Source: Candidatus Nealsonbacteria bacterium (GTDB taxonomy: Bacteria > Patescibacteriota > Minisyncoccia > Minisyncoccales > PWPS01). Taken from it: DNA of 55,046 nucleotides. Made by a program: the position numbers and the translations under genes. Position 1 is the stretch's first letter. Each line of letters begins with the position of its first letter. The DNA lies in contig PUNQ01000054.1 of assembly GCA_003551845.1 (NCBI GenBank), forward strand, positions 1-55,046, read 5' to 3'. Positions 1-8,820 of the stretch are shown one piece after another. The notes under the pieces were generated by a model. The model was not told the origin of the DNA, did no database searches, and saw only the letters and a program-made list of their open reading frames with translations.

Positions 1-2
1 AA

Positions 3-188
3 AAAGTAATTTCTCTTATAGATGACTATTGTGATAAATACGGGATGTCGGTGGTTATGGCCGTCAGTAACAAAGAGGACATCAAGCACTTCAATACGAT
101 TTATCTTCTGGAAAAAGGGAAGATAGTCTTTAAGGGAACCGAGGAGGAGCTGGAAGAGCGAGGTGGTAGCCAGTTTTGCTCTCATTAA
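3..188 (+). CDS. C-terminal fragment of an ABC-type ATP-binding protein (partial, 5' truncated)
   Basis: Frame 3 reads ...GMSVVMAVSNKEDIKHFNTIYLLEKGKIVFKGTEEEL...*, a typical ABC NBD C-terminus. The H-loop His appears to be replaced. Confidence 0.6.
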   Translation, partial: KVISLIDDYCDKYGMSVVMAVSNKEDIKHFNTIYLLEKGKIVFKGTEEELEERGGSQFCSH

Positions 189-213
189 AAAAACCGCCCT
201 TTACGGACGGTTT
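187..213 (-). terminator. Intrinsic terminator between the ABC gene and tRNA-Gly
   Basis: aaaccgccc-ttta-cggacggttt imperfect hairpin with a 7-nt A tract (U tract on the - strand). Confidence 0.6.
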
Positions 214-217
214 AAAG

Positions 218-291
218 TGGAGCGGGTGATGGGACTCGAACCCACATAACTGGCTTGGAAGGCCAGGGCTCTGCCATTGAGCTACACCCGC
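218..291 (-). tRNA. tRNA-Gly(TCC)
   Basis: Reverse complement gcgggtgtagctcaatggcagagc...ct TCC aa...ggttcgagtcccatcacccgctcca folds as a cloverleaf; CCA is encoded. Confidence 0.95.
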
Positions 292-355
292 CTAAGATAT
301 ATGTACTGACATTATGATAAGCAAATAGCTAAAAGCTGTCAATGTTTTTAAGGTG

Positions 356-428
356 TCGGGGCACCCGGATTCGAACCGGGAATCACTCGCTCCCAAAGCG
401 AGCATGTTAGCCGTTACACCATGCCCCG
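356..428 (-). tRNA. tRNA-Pro(TGG)
   Basis: Reverse complement cggggcatggtgtaacgg...ctcgc tt TGG ga gcgag...ggttcgaatccgggtgccccga. Confidence 0.95.
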
Positions 429-495
429 CGGATGGATAAATAATAACACTTTAACTTAAGTTGGTCAAACGAAAAAAATATGATAATTTTAAGTA

Positions 496-1371
496 ATGAA
501 AAAATTACTTCTCATAGACAGCAACGCTCTGGTTTATAGGGCTTATCATGCTCTTCCCCCTCTTAAAAACGACGGAAGGCAGGTCAACGCTCTTTACGGG
601 TTTTTTCTTATTTTTACCCGAGTTACGGAAGATGAGAATCCGGATTACGTGATAGCGGTCTTTGACAGAAAAGAGAAGACTTTCAGGCATGAAATATTCA
701 AAGATTATAAAGCTCAAAGGCCGGATATGCCGGATGAGTTGGTGGATCAACTCCCTTTGATAAAAAAGGGCTTGGAAAAGTACGGTGTTCCCGTTTTGGA
801 CAAAAAAGGCTTTGAAGCCGATGACATAATAGCGACGCTTTCAAAAAGGTGGGAAAAAGAAGTCAAAACGGTTATTTTGAGTGGAGACAGAGATCTTCTG
901 CAGCTTGTAAACGATAACGTTGTCGTTAGGTCTCCTGGAAGAGGAATAAAAAAAATGATAAAATTCGACAAGGAGAAAGTTTTAAGAGAATACGGAGTGC
1001 CTCCGAAGCTTTTTGTCGACTACAAGGCGTTAAAAGGAGATCCTTCGGACAACATCCCGGGAATTGAAGGAATAGGCAAAAAGAGAGCTTCTGAATTGGT
1101 AAAAAACTATGGAACGGTAGAAGATATTTATGACTCTTTTGACGAATTAAAGGAGTCGGTCGGGAAAAGGTTGAAAAACAAAAAAGAAACGGCGATAAAA
1201 AGCAAAAAGCTGGTTTCCTTGAGAGAAGATCTCGATCTGGAAATCGATCTCGAAAAAGCGATTTTTAATTATTCCGATAAAGAAGTTTTAAACTTTTTTA
1301 AAAAATATAATTTTAAAAGTTTGATAAAAAAATATGGGGAGGGATACGATCAAATGGAGCTGGATTTCTAA
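496..1371 (+). CDS. Stand-alone 5'-3' exonuclease (Pol I N-terminal/flap endonuclease domain)
   Basis: LLIDSNALVYRAYHA, YKAQR, FEADDIIATL, SGDRDLLQL and the GDPSDNIPGIEGIGKK HhH motif; ends at 291 aa without a polymerase domain. Confidence 0.9.
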   Translation: MKKLLLIDSNALVYRAYHALPPLKNDGRQVNALYGFFLIFTRVTEDENPDYVIAVFDRKEKTFRHEIFKDYKAQRPDMPDELVDQLPLIKKGLEKYGVPVLDKKGFEADDIIATLSKRWEKEVKTVILSGDRDLLQLVNDNVVVRSPGRGIKKMIKFDKEKVLREYGVPPKLFVDYKALKGDPSDNIPGIEGIGKKRASELVKNYGTVEDIYDSFDELKESVGKRLKNKKETAIKSKKLVSLREDLDLEIDLEKAIFNYSDKEVLNFFKKYNFKSLIKKYGEGYDQMELDF

Positions 1372-1395
1372 AAAAGTAAAATTCGGCAAAACCAA

Positions 1396-2352
1396 ATGAA
1401 AACCAGTATATTCAGCAGAATATTCGGGGCTATGGTTTTGGTTTCTTTTCTGGCTGTAAGTTTGGTCACGATTTTGACCGTAAGGGATCAGATATTGATT
1501 TTTCACGAAGCGACGATGAAAGAAAATAAAACCGTCCTTGATTTGTTATGGGCTTATTCCAGAGAAAGTGAGGGTGAAAAGTTGATTCCCGAAGTCGTTT
1601 TGGAAGAAGTTTCCAGGTCTGTAGACATATCTTTTCTTTGGATAGTGGATTCGGATGGTGAGCTTTATTATGCGGACAACGGTGAATTTTCCGGAATGAT
1701 GATTGACGATCCTTTTGTCGGAGTTGAGACTTTTGAAAGAAGAAGAGCGCTTTACCGTGAACGAGAAACGGAAATAATAGCTCGTCCGTTGGTTGGAAAA
1801 GACGGAGAAAACTGGACCGTTATTGCCGGAGTGAATCGTATTAAGATAATGGCATTTTTGATGCCCGCCATAGCCAGAGGTTCATCAATACTTCTTCTTG
1901 CGGTTTTGATTTCGGTATTTTTATCACTCTTTTTTACAGAAAGAATTATAAGACCCCTTCTTAAACTTAAAAAAGCGATAATCAAGATCAGAGAAGGAGA
2001 TATGAGTCAACGTATAAAGATCAATACCGGGGATGAAGTTCAAAGAATAGGAGAAGAGTTTAATGAAATGGCCGCCGAACTGGAAAGAAGTCATCGGGAA
2101 CTGGAAGAAGCCAAACAGGTTTTGGAAATAAGAGTTCGTTCCAGAACGAGGGAGTTGGAAGAATTGACGGAAAGTTTGGAGGAGAAGGTAGAGGCGAGAA
2201 CCGAAGAGCTTCAAAGAAAGGTGGAGGAGCTGGAAAAATTTCATAATTTAACTGTCGGCAGGGAAAAAAAGATGATTCAATTGAAGGAAGAAAATGAAAA
2301 GATAAAAGAAGAAAATGAAAAATTGAAAAGAAGGCTAAAAAACAAGGAATAG
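1396..2352 (+). CDS. Membrane sensor: 2 TM, extracytoplasmic domain, HAMP, S-helices and C-terminal coiled coil; no kinase domain
   Basis: Two hydrophobic helices; HAMP (IIRPLLKL...GDEVQRIGEEFNEMA); LEIRVRSRTREL and LEEKVEARTEEL S-helix repeats. Confidence 0.85.
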   Translation: MKTSIFSRIFGAMVLVSFLAVSLVTILTVRDQILIFHEATMKENKTVLDLLWAYSRESEGEKLIPEVVLEEVSRSVDISFLWIVDSDGELYYADNGEFSGMMIDDPFVGVETFERRRALYRERETEIIARPLVGKDGENWTVIAGVNRIKIMAFLMPAIARGSSILLLAVLISVFLSLFFTERIIRPLLKLKKAIIKIREGDMSQRIKINTGDEVQRIGEEFNEMAAELERSHRELEEAKQVLEIRVRSRTRELEELTESLEEKVEARTEELQRKVEELEKFHNLTVGREKKMIQLKEENEKIKEENEKLKRRLKNKE

Positions 2353-2355
2353 TTT

Positions 2356-2874
2356 ATGGAAAATATTTTTAAAAATTATCTTGAAGATATTCTCTCCTTT
2401 TTGCCCGTAGCGGTTCTTTTTACGGATGATCAGGGACGTATATTGAAGATTAATGAAAAGGTTGAAAAGATTTTGGAATACAAAAGTCATGAGCTTGTGG
2501 ATAGCCGCCTGGACAAGATTATGGATGTTGAAAAGATGGAAGATGTGCTGGTTAAAGAGCAAAGAGATGAAAAGATAACTCTGAAGGGCAAAAATAAAGA
2601 TATATTGGTCAATTTTTTCAGTGAAAAAAAGATAAGGGAAGATAAGCCGATTATACTTATTTCTTTTTTTGATCTCAGCCGAGCTCAAAAAATAGAAAAG
2701 AGAATGGAAGAAAAAGTGAAGGAACTGGAAAGATTCAATCGATTGGCGACGGGAAGAGAGTTGAAGATGGTCGAACTGAAGAGAGAGAAGAAAAAGTTGG
2801 AAAAAAAGAATGAAGAATTGGAAAAGGAGATAAAGATACTCAAAAAGAGAATAAATCGGGAAAATGAACAATAA
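2356..2874 (+). CDS. PAS-domain protein with C-terminal coiled coil; no output domain
   Basis: LPVAVLFTDDQGRILKINEKVEKILEY PAS motif; FFDLS end; ELERFNRLATGRELKMVELK tail. Confidence 0.8.
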   Translation: MENIFKNYLEDILSFLPVAVLFTDDQGRILKINEKVEKILEYKSHELVDSRLDKIMDVEKMEDVLVKEQRDEKITLKGKNKDILVNFFSEKKIREDKPIILISFFDLSRAQKIEKRMEEKVKELERFNRLATGRELKMVELKREKKKLEKKNEELEKEIKILKKRINRENEQ

Positions 2875-4498
2875 TAAAACTCAAGAAAAGCGAATAACCG
2901 AAGAGATGAAAGATTTGGAAGAATTCAAGCGTTACGCTCAAGAATTAACGGATTTTTTACCTATCGCTTTTTGTGTAGTCAATCCTTTTGATTTGATATT
3001 GGAAGCCAATAAATTTTTCGGAGAAATTTCCGGATACGGAATAATCGATTCAGTAGGCCTGAACATAAAAGAGCTTTTTCTGGAAAAAAGAGAAATTGAA
3101 GATTTTATTGAAATAATAAGAAGAACCGATGAAAAAAAAGAAAAAGAACTCACTCTTTTAAGCAGTAGTGAAGAGGCGATACCGGTTGAAATTTTTGCGT
3201 TAGCAAAAAGAAACGAAGACGGTGATTTTACCGGTTATTTTTTGGCGATCGTTGATATAACCGAAAGAAGAAAATTAAGTGAAAGGCTAAAAACGGAACT
3301 TGAAAAAAAGGAAGAAGAGCTGAAAAAAAAGACGGAACAGATGGATGATTCTCGCCTGGCTTTACTTAATATATTGGAGGACGTTGATGAAAATTATAAG
3401 AAGACGAAAAGAGAAAGAGCAAAAACCTTGGCAATAATAGAAAATTTTGTGGATGGGATGCTTTTTTTCGACCCCGAGGATCGCCTGACCATCATCAACC
3501 CCAAAGCGGAAAAACTGTTCGGAATTGATTCTGAAAAAGTTGTCGGAAAAAAAATTAAAGAACTTTATGAAATTGATCAATTTTCAGAATTGCTTGAATT
3601 TATAGAAGATAAAGAAAAAGAAGAAAATTTAAGTCAAGTTTTTAGGGAAGAGCTCCAAATAGGTGATAATTATTTTGAAATAACAACGACGGAAGTCGAA
3701 GAAGAAAATGAAAGCTGGGGAGTTTTGGTTCATGTTCATGATGTTACCAGGGAAAAAAGAATAGAAAGAATTAAGAGCGAATTCGTATCGGTGGCCGCTC
3801 ATCAATTGAGAACTCCCCTTTCGGGAATAAAATGGACTTTGGAAACTTTTCTTGAAGAAACGGTTGAAGAAAAAGAAAAATTGACCGAGGACGAGGTTGA
3901 TTTGATTAAAAAAGCTTATGATGCCAACGAAAGAATGGTTAATTTGATTAATGATCTGCTCAATGTAAGTAGAATTGAAGAAGGTAGATATATTTATGAG
4001 CCACAAATAGTCAATATCTTCGATGTAATAGATCCGATAGTTAAAAATTATAAGGAGGGTATAGAAAAAAAAGATAATGTTGAATTCAAGCTGAATAAAG
4101 TTAAGAAAAATTTTCCGGCGGTAAAAGTGGATACGGAAAAAATATCGATAGTAATTCAAAATCTTTTGGATAATGCGATAAAGTATACGGATAAAGGAGA
4201 AATAGTCTTATCGATAAGCATGAAAGGTGAAGACGAATTGAAGATATCGGTTCAAGATGATGGAATAGGAATTCCCGAAGAGCAACAGGAAAGACTTTTC
4301 AATAAATTTTTCAGAGCCGGAAATGTAGTGAGAAAAGATGTAGAGGGTTCCGGATTGGGTCTTTTCATTTCTAAAAATATTGTTGAGGCGCATGGGGGAG
4401 AAATGGGTTTCGAGTCAACTGAAGGAGTGGGAAGTCTTTTCTACTTCACTCTGCCGACGAAAAAAGGTGATGACGAAGACTTTATGAGAAATTTTTAA
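2864..4498 (+). CDS. Cytoplasmic PAS-PAS sensor histidine kinase (HisKA + HATPase)
   Basis: H-box FVSVAAHQLRTPL, N-box NLLDNAIKY, G1 DDGIGI, F-box LFNKFFR, G2 GSGLGL; PAS ends DITE and DVTRE. Confidence 0.95.
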   Translation: MNNNKTQEKRITEEMKDLEEFKRYAQELTDFLPIAFCVVNPFDLILEANKFFGEISGYGIIDSVGLNIKELFLEKREIEDFIEIIRRTDEKKEKELTLLSSSEEAIPVEIFALAKRNEDGDFTGYFLAIVDITERRKLSERLKTELEKKEEELKKKTEQMDDSRLALLNILEDVDENYKKTKRERAKTLAIIENFVDGMLFFDPEDRLTIINPKAEKLFGIDSEKVVGKKIKELYEIDQFSELLEFIEDKEKEENLSQVFREELQIGDNYFEITTTEVEEENESWGVLVHVHDVTREKRIERIKSEFVSVAAHQLRTPLSGIKWTLETFLEETVEEKEKLTEDEVDLIKKAYDANERMVNLINDLLNVSRIEEGRYIYEPQIVNIFDVIDPIVKNYKEGIEKKDNVEFKLNKVKKNFPAVKVDTEKISIVIQNLLDNAIKYTDKGEIVLSISMKGEDELKISVQDDGIGIPEEQQERLFNKFFRAGNVVRKDVEGSGLGLFISKNIVEAHGGEMGFESTEGVGSLFYFTLPTKKGDDEDFMRNF

Positions 4499-4508
4499 CT
4501 TGAAAAGT

Positions 4509-4537
4509 TTGACAATAAGGTTTTAACTGTTTAAAAT
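4509..4537 (+). promoter_or_regulatory. Sigma70-type promoter for the receiver genes
   Basis: TTGACA-17 bp-TAAAAT. Confidence 0.7.
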
Positions 4538-4566
4538 CAAGGCAGCGGATTAAAAAATATGAAGAT

Positions 4567-4938
4567 ATGAAAAAAGTATTGATAATAGAAGATGAGAAGC
4601 TCGTAAGGAATTTAATATCCAAGAAGTTATCCGAGAAAGGTTTTGTCGTTGAAATTGCCGAGAATGGAAAGAAGGGTTTTCAAAAAATAAAAGAAACGGA
4701 ACCGGACTTGATTTTGCTGGATATCATAATGCCGGAAATGAACGGATTCGAAGTTCTCGAAAAGATGCAAGAGGAGAATATCGAAGTGCCGGTAGTTATC
4801 GTTTCCAATTCCGGACAACCGGTCGAGATAGATAAAGCCAAGGAATACGGTGTCAGGGATTGGATAGTAAAGACAAAATTCGATCTTCAGGAAGTAATTG
4901 AAAAGACAGTGGCTCAAATAGGAAAACCACAAAAATAA
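4567..4938 (+). CDS. Single-domain response regulator (receiver)
   Basis: IIEDE, LLDIIMPEMNGFEVL, conserved Ser and Lys. Confidence 0.92.
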   Translation: MKKVLIIEDEKLVRNLISKKLSEKGFVVEIAENGKKGFQKIKETEPDLILLDIIMPEMNGFEVLEKMQEENIEVPVVIVSNSGQPVEIDKAKEYGVRDWIVKTKFDLQEVIEKTVAQIGKPQK

Positions 4939-4971
4939 TAGTTAATATTAATAAATAATAAATTAAAAAAC

Positions 4972-5337
4972 ATGACTAAAATATTGGTTGTAGAAGATGA
5001 TAAATTCTTGAGAGAAATGATAGTCAGAAAACTTGATAAGGAGGGATACGAAACGGTTCAGGCGGTGGAAGGAAAAGAAGGGTTGAAAAAGATGAGAGAA
5101 GAGAAACCGGATTTGGTTCTTTTGGATCTGATAATGCCCGGAGTGGGAGGTTTTGAAGTTTTGGAGAAATCCAAAGAAGACGATGAGCTCAAGGAGATCC
5201 CCATAGTGATTCTTTCCAACCTGGGTCAAAAATCGGAAGTGGAAAGAGGGTTGGATCTCGGGGCTGAAGACTTTCTGATTAAAGCTCATTTTACACCCAA
5301 AGAGATAATTACCAAGATCAAGGAGACCCTGGATTAG
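4972..5337 (+). CDS. Single-domain response regulator (receiver)
   Basis: VVEDD, LLDLIMPGVGGFEVL, GAEDFLIK. Confidence 0.93.
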   Translation: MTKILVVEDDKFLREMIVRKLDKEGYETVQAVEGKEGLKKMREEKPDLVLLDLIMPGVGGFEVLEKSKEDDELKEIPIVILSNLGQKSEVERGLDLGAEDFLIKAHFTPKEIITKIKETLD

Positions 5338-5355
5338 TTTTCAAAAATTTAAGCG

Positions 5356-6234
5356 ATGCCCGAACTTCCGGAAGTTCAATCAAGCGTTTCATATCTTAAA
5401 ACGAAGGTCCCGAAAAGGACCTTCGTTGACGTATGGACCGATACGCCGAAAATGGGAGTTTGTAAAGGATCTTTAAAAGGGTCGTTTAACCGATTAATTA
5501 AAGGGAGAAAGATAAAAACGGTGAGAAGAAGAGCGAAAAACGTTATTTTTGAACTTGATAAAGAGCTTTCTCTGCTTATTCATTACAAAATGACGGGACA
5601 TCTTCTGTATGGAAAGTGGAAAAAGGAGGAGGATGAATGGGTATCCCGAATTCCGGGCCCACTGAAAGAAGATAAAATGAATAAGTACATTCGTTTTTTG
5701 TTTTTTTTGGATAACGGAAAACATATCGCTTTCTCGGATCTTAGAAAATTCGGAAAAATTGAACTTTGGAAAAGAGAAGAGTTGAAAGAAAAGCTGAAAG
5801 AGATAGGTCCGGAACCCTTATCTGAAGATTTTACGGTTAATAAATTTAAAAAGATGATTTCCGGAAGAAAAAAAATGATAAAACCGCTTATAATGGATCA
5901 ACATTTTTTGGCGGGAGTAGGGAATATTTATGCCTCGGATGCTTTGTGGATGGCCGGAATTCATCCGGAAAAAAAGGCCGACAGACTTTCCGAAGAGGAG
6001 ATGAAAAAGCTGCATAATGCCATAAGAGATGTCTTAAAGCAGGGAATTAAAAACAGCGGAGACAGCATGGTTGATTTCAGGTTGCCCGATGGAACAAAGG
6101 GAAATTATCAGAAAAAGCAGAAAGTGTATAATAAGGAGGGAGAAAAATGTGAAAAGTGTAACTCCGAAAATATTGAAAAAATAAAAGTCGGGGGAAGAGG
6201 AACTTATTTTTGCCCCCGCTGTCAAAAGTTATGA
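5356..6234 (+). CDS. mutM: Formamidopyrimidine-DNA glycosylase
   Basis: N-terminal PELPEV, GVGNIYASD H2TH, C-terminal Zn finger CEKC...RGTYFCPRCQ. Confidence 0.96.
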   Translation: MPELPEVQSSVSYLKTKVPKRTFVDVWTDTPKMGVCKGSLKGSFNRLIKGRKIKTVRRRAKNVIFELDKELSLLIHYKMTGHLLYGKWKKEEDEWVSRIPGPLKEDKMNKYIRFLFFLDNGKHIAFSDLRKFGKIELWKREELKEKLKEIGPEPLSEDFTVNKFKKMISGRKKMIKPLIMDQHFLAGVGNIYASDALWMAGIHPEKKADRLSEEEMKKLHNAIRDVLKQGIKNSGDSMVDFRLPDGTKGNYQKKQKVYNKEGEKCEKCNSENIEKIKVGGRGTYFCPRCQKL

Positions 6235-7166
6235 TAATCATTTTACATGGTAATGATACTTATAGGTCAGCTCGGAAACTGAAGGAGATAATTTCCGGAT
6301 ACCGAGATAAAAATACGAGTGGAATCAATTTAATCTTTATGGAAAAGGCTTCTTTTAATGAGCTGAAAGACGAAAGCGGTCAAATGGGGATGTTTATGGA
6401 AAAAAGATTGGTTGTGGGAAAAGGATTACTCAAAAATAAAGATCTTAGAAAAAAAATAGAGGAAAATTTGGAGGATCTGGCCGGAAGAAGAAATATTTTG
6501 ATACTTAAAGAAGAAAAAAAGATAAAGGGAAAGCTGGTAAAAAAAGCCGAAGGAATGAAAAATGATAAAGTGATGATAAAAGAGTACCGAAAATTAAAAG
6601 GAAAAAAACTTCAAAAGTGGTATGAAGCTCAATTTTCAAAAGAGAGCGCGAAAATTAAAAAAAGAGCATTGAAAAAGATGGTGGAATATGTCGGTGACGA
6701 TTTATGGCGAGCGAGCAATGAAATAAATAAACTTGCAAATATGAAGAGAGGGAGTGAAATAACCGTTGATGACGTAAGAGAGCATGTCAAGCCCGAATTG
6801 GAAACGGACATATTCAAGACTATAGATGCTTTGGGAAAAGGCGACAAAGCTAAAGCGGTAGAATTAATTCAAAAACACATTCAAAAGGGAGATTCGCCTT
6901 TTTATCTGCTCTCGATGATTAATTATCAGCTGAGAAACCTACTCATTTTAAAAGAGCTCCAAGATCAAAATTTATCGGCGAAGGAGATGAGAAAAAAAAG
7001 TGGAATGAGTCCGTTCGTTTTTAAAAAGACCGGCAGGCAAACTAAAAATTTTAGCTTTGACTCATTAAAAAAAATCCATCAAGAACTCTTCAAGATGGAT
7101 TTGGATATCAAACTGGGAAGAATAACTCCGGAAACCGCTTTAATGATGATTGTCTCTCACTTTTAA
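6231..7166 (+). CDS. holA: DNA polymerase III delta subunit
   Basis: MIIILHGND start (ATGA overlap with mutM), NEINKL, IFKTIDAL, DLDIKLG; convergent with rpsT as is common. Confidence 0.85.
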   Translation: MIIILHGNDTYRSARKLKEIISGYRDKNTSGINLIFMEKASFNELKDESGQMGMFMEKRLVVGKGLLKNKDLRKKIEENLEDLAGRRNILILKEEKKIKGKLVKKAEGMKNDKVMIKEYRKLKGKKLQKWYEAQFSKESAKIKKRALKKMVEYVGDDLWRASNEINKLANMKRGSEITVDDVREHVKPELETDIFKTIDALGKGDKAKAVELIQKHIQKGDSPFYLLSMINYQLRNLLILKELQDQNLSAKEMRKKSGMSPFVFKKTGRQTKNFSFDSLKKIHQELFKMDLDIKLGRITPETALMMIVSHF

Positions 7167-7425
7167 TCCAATTTGTTGACCAATTTCGTCAAACGTGATT
7201 TTTTACGGCTGGCATTCTTTTTCTTTATCACTCCCTTTTTTGCAGCCTTGTCTATCGCTTTGTAGGTATCGGGTAGTTTTTTTACAGCTTCCTTTTTTTT
7301 ACCCTCTTCCACCAAGCTGCGAATCTCTTTTATCGAACTCTTCATTCTATCCTTAAAAACTTTGTTTCTTTTTTTCTTTTTTTATTTTGGCGTAGCCTTT
7401 TTTTTGCTGAATCGGTTATCGGCAT
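7163..7425 (-). CDS. rpsT: 30S ribosomal protein S20, frameshifted in a poly-A run in this sequence
   Basis: ATG at 7425 gives MPITDSAKKRLRQNKKRKK. A frame change in the A7 run (7369-7375) continues as RNKVFKDRMKSSIK...IDKAAKKGVIKKKNASRKKSRL. Confidence 0.88.
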
Positions 7426-7506
7426 AAGGTTTTAGATTGGTTTTTAGTGGTTATTATTATACTTGAAATTGGCGGATAGTCAAATAAAAGAAGGGCATCA
7501 ATTACA

Positions 7507-7549
7507 AGCCCCCATTTTTACACCTACGAGGTGTAAAAAGGGGGTTTTT
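7507..7549 (-). terminator. Hairpin downstream of rpsA, with a palindromic core
   Basis: ccccc-a-tttttacacct-acg-aggtgtaaaaa-g-gggg. Confidence 0.5.
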
Positions 7550-7563
7550 AACGGGATGGCAAT

Positions 7564-8613
7564 TTAGCTTTTGAGTCTTAAGCTCAACCTGTGATCGTCG
7601 GCGTCAATGGACAAAATTTCAAACTCGTAAGACTTGCCGACTTCCAGAGATGCTTTCATTCTTTCTTTGGTTCCGAATTCGGAAATGTGGCAAAGACCTT
7701 GAATTCCGGAATCGAGCTCCACGAAAGCACCGAAAGAAACCATTTTGGTAACTTTCCCCTCTATCACGTCACCTTTGGAATGTTTTTCTTGTATCGTTTT
7801 CCAGGGATCTTCCTTTAAGGCTTTTAGTGACAGAAAAACTTTTCCGTCCGCTATTTTGATTATTTTGGCTTCAATTTCTTGATTTTCTTCCAATATGTCC
7901 GAAGGATCGGAAACCAAGCTCCAATCCAATTCCGAGATATGGATCAGTCCTTCTATTCCTTCACCGAACTTTATGAAAGCACCGAAATCGACTATACCGG
8001 TTATTTCTCCCTCGACTACATCTCCTTCGGAATAATCTTTAAGTGCTTCTTCTTTCTTTTCTATTTCTCTTATCTTTTCGGACAGAATAATTTTTTCATC
8101 TTCTTTGGAGAGATCCAAGATTCTCACATCCAATTTTTTACCTACCAGTTCTTGCAATTCTTCCAGTATCTTGTCTCGATCACCGCCTTCTACGTGTGGG
8201 TAATGATCTGAAGAAAGTTGGGAAGAGGGCAAAAATGCGGGAATACCGAAAAGCTTGGCCAAAAGCCCCCCTTTGTTGGCTCCTTCTATTTTTACACTTA
8301 TCGTTTCACTGTTTTCTTTCTTTTCTTCCAAAACTCCCCAAGCCATATCTTTTCTGGCTTGATGTCGTGACAACTCCACATAGCCGTCTTCTCCGTCTAT
8401 GTCGATTACTTTTACGGAAACAGTTTCTCCGTTTTCCAAGTCTTTCAATTCGTCTTTAGCTTCGTAGAACTCTTTTCCGAATATTATTCCGGTACCGAAG
8501 ATTCCCAGATCAACGTAAGCTGCCGCACGACCCTTTCCGACTATTTTTCCTTCTATTATGGATCCTTCTTTTGGAATTTCGAGTAAATTTTCTTCTTGTA
8601 GTTTTTCCTTCAT
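7564..8613 (-). CDS. rpsA: 30S ribosomal protein S1 (4 S1 domains)
   Basis: Repeated S1 motifs: FGAFIKFGEGIEGLIHISEL, FGAFVELDSGIQGLCHISE, AFLPSSQL. Confidence 0.9.
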   Translation of the reverse strand: MKEKLQEENLLEIPKEGSIIEGKIVGKGRAAAYVDLGIFGTGIIFGKEFYEAKDELKDLENGETVSVKVIDIDGEDGYVELSRHQARKDMAWGVLEEKKENSETISVKIEGANKGGLLAKLFGIPAFLPSSQLSSDHYPHVEGGDRDKILEELQELVGKKLDVRILDLSKEDEKIILSEKIREIEKKEEALKDYSEGDVVEGEITGIVDFGAFIKFGEGIEGLIHISELDWSLVSDPSDILEENQEIEAKIIKIADGKVFLSLKALKEDPWKTIQEKHSKGDVIEGKVTKMVSFGAFVELDSGIQGLCHISEFGTKERMKASLEVGKSYEFEILSIDADDHRLSLRLKS

Positions 8614-8820
8614 ATTTTTTTTGATGGAAATTAAGCTATTCGGCTCGAATTAAGCTTTTTTCCACCGATTGGTTAATAATTTTTTTAAAGCAACGGAAGT
8701 CTTCGAGCCCAAACTTTTATCCGTCACCTGCACTGAATGCTTATTTTACATCATATCTTGATTTTTTCAAGTCGGCTTGCTAAAATAAGTGTCAGTTCAA
8801 AAGATAAAAGAGTAAAAAAT

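Noticed and set aside
8737..8820. N-terminal extension of the MBL hydrolase; similar upstream starts for holA, rpoB, ligA and the pilins
   Set aside because: These extensions overlap promoters or upstream genes, and the downstream ATGs match the family N-termini.
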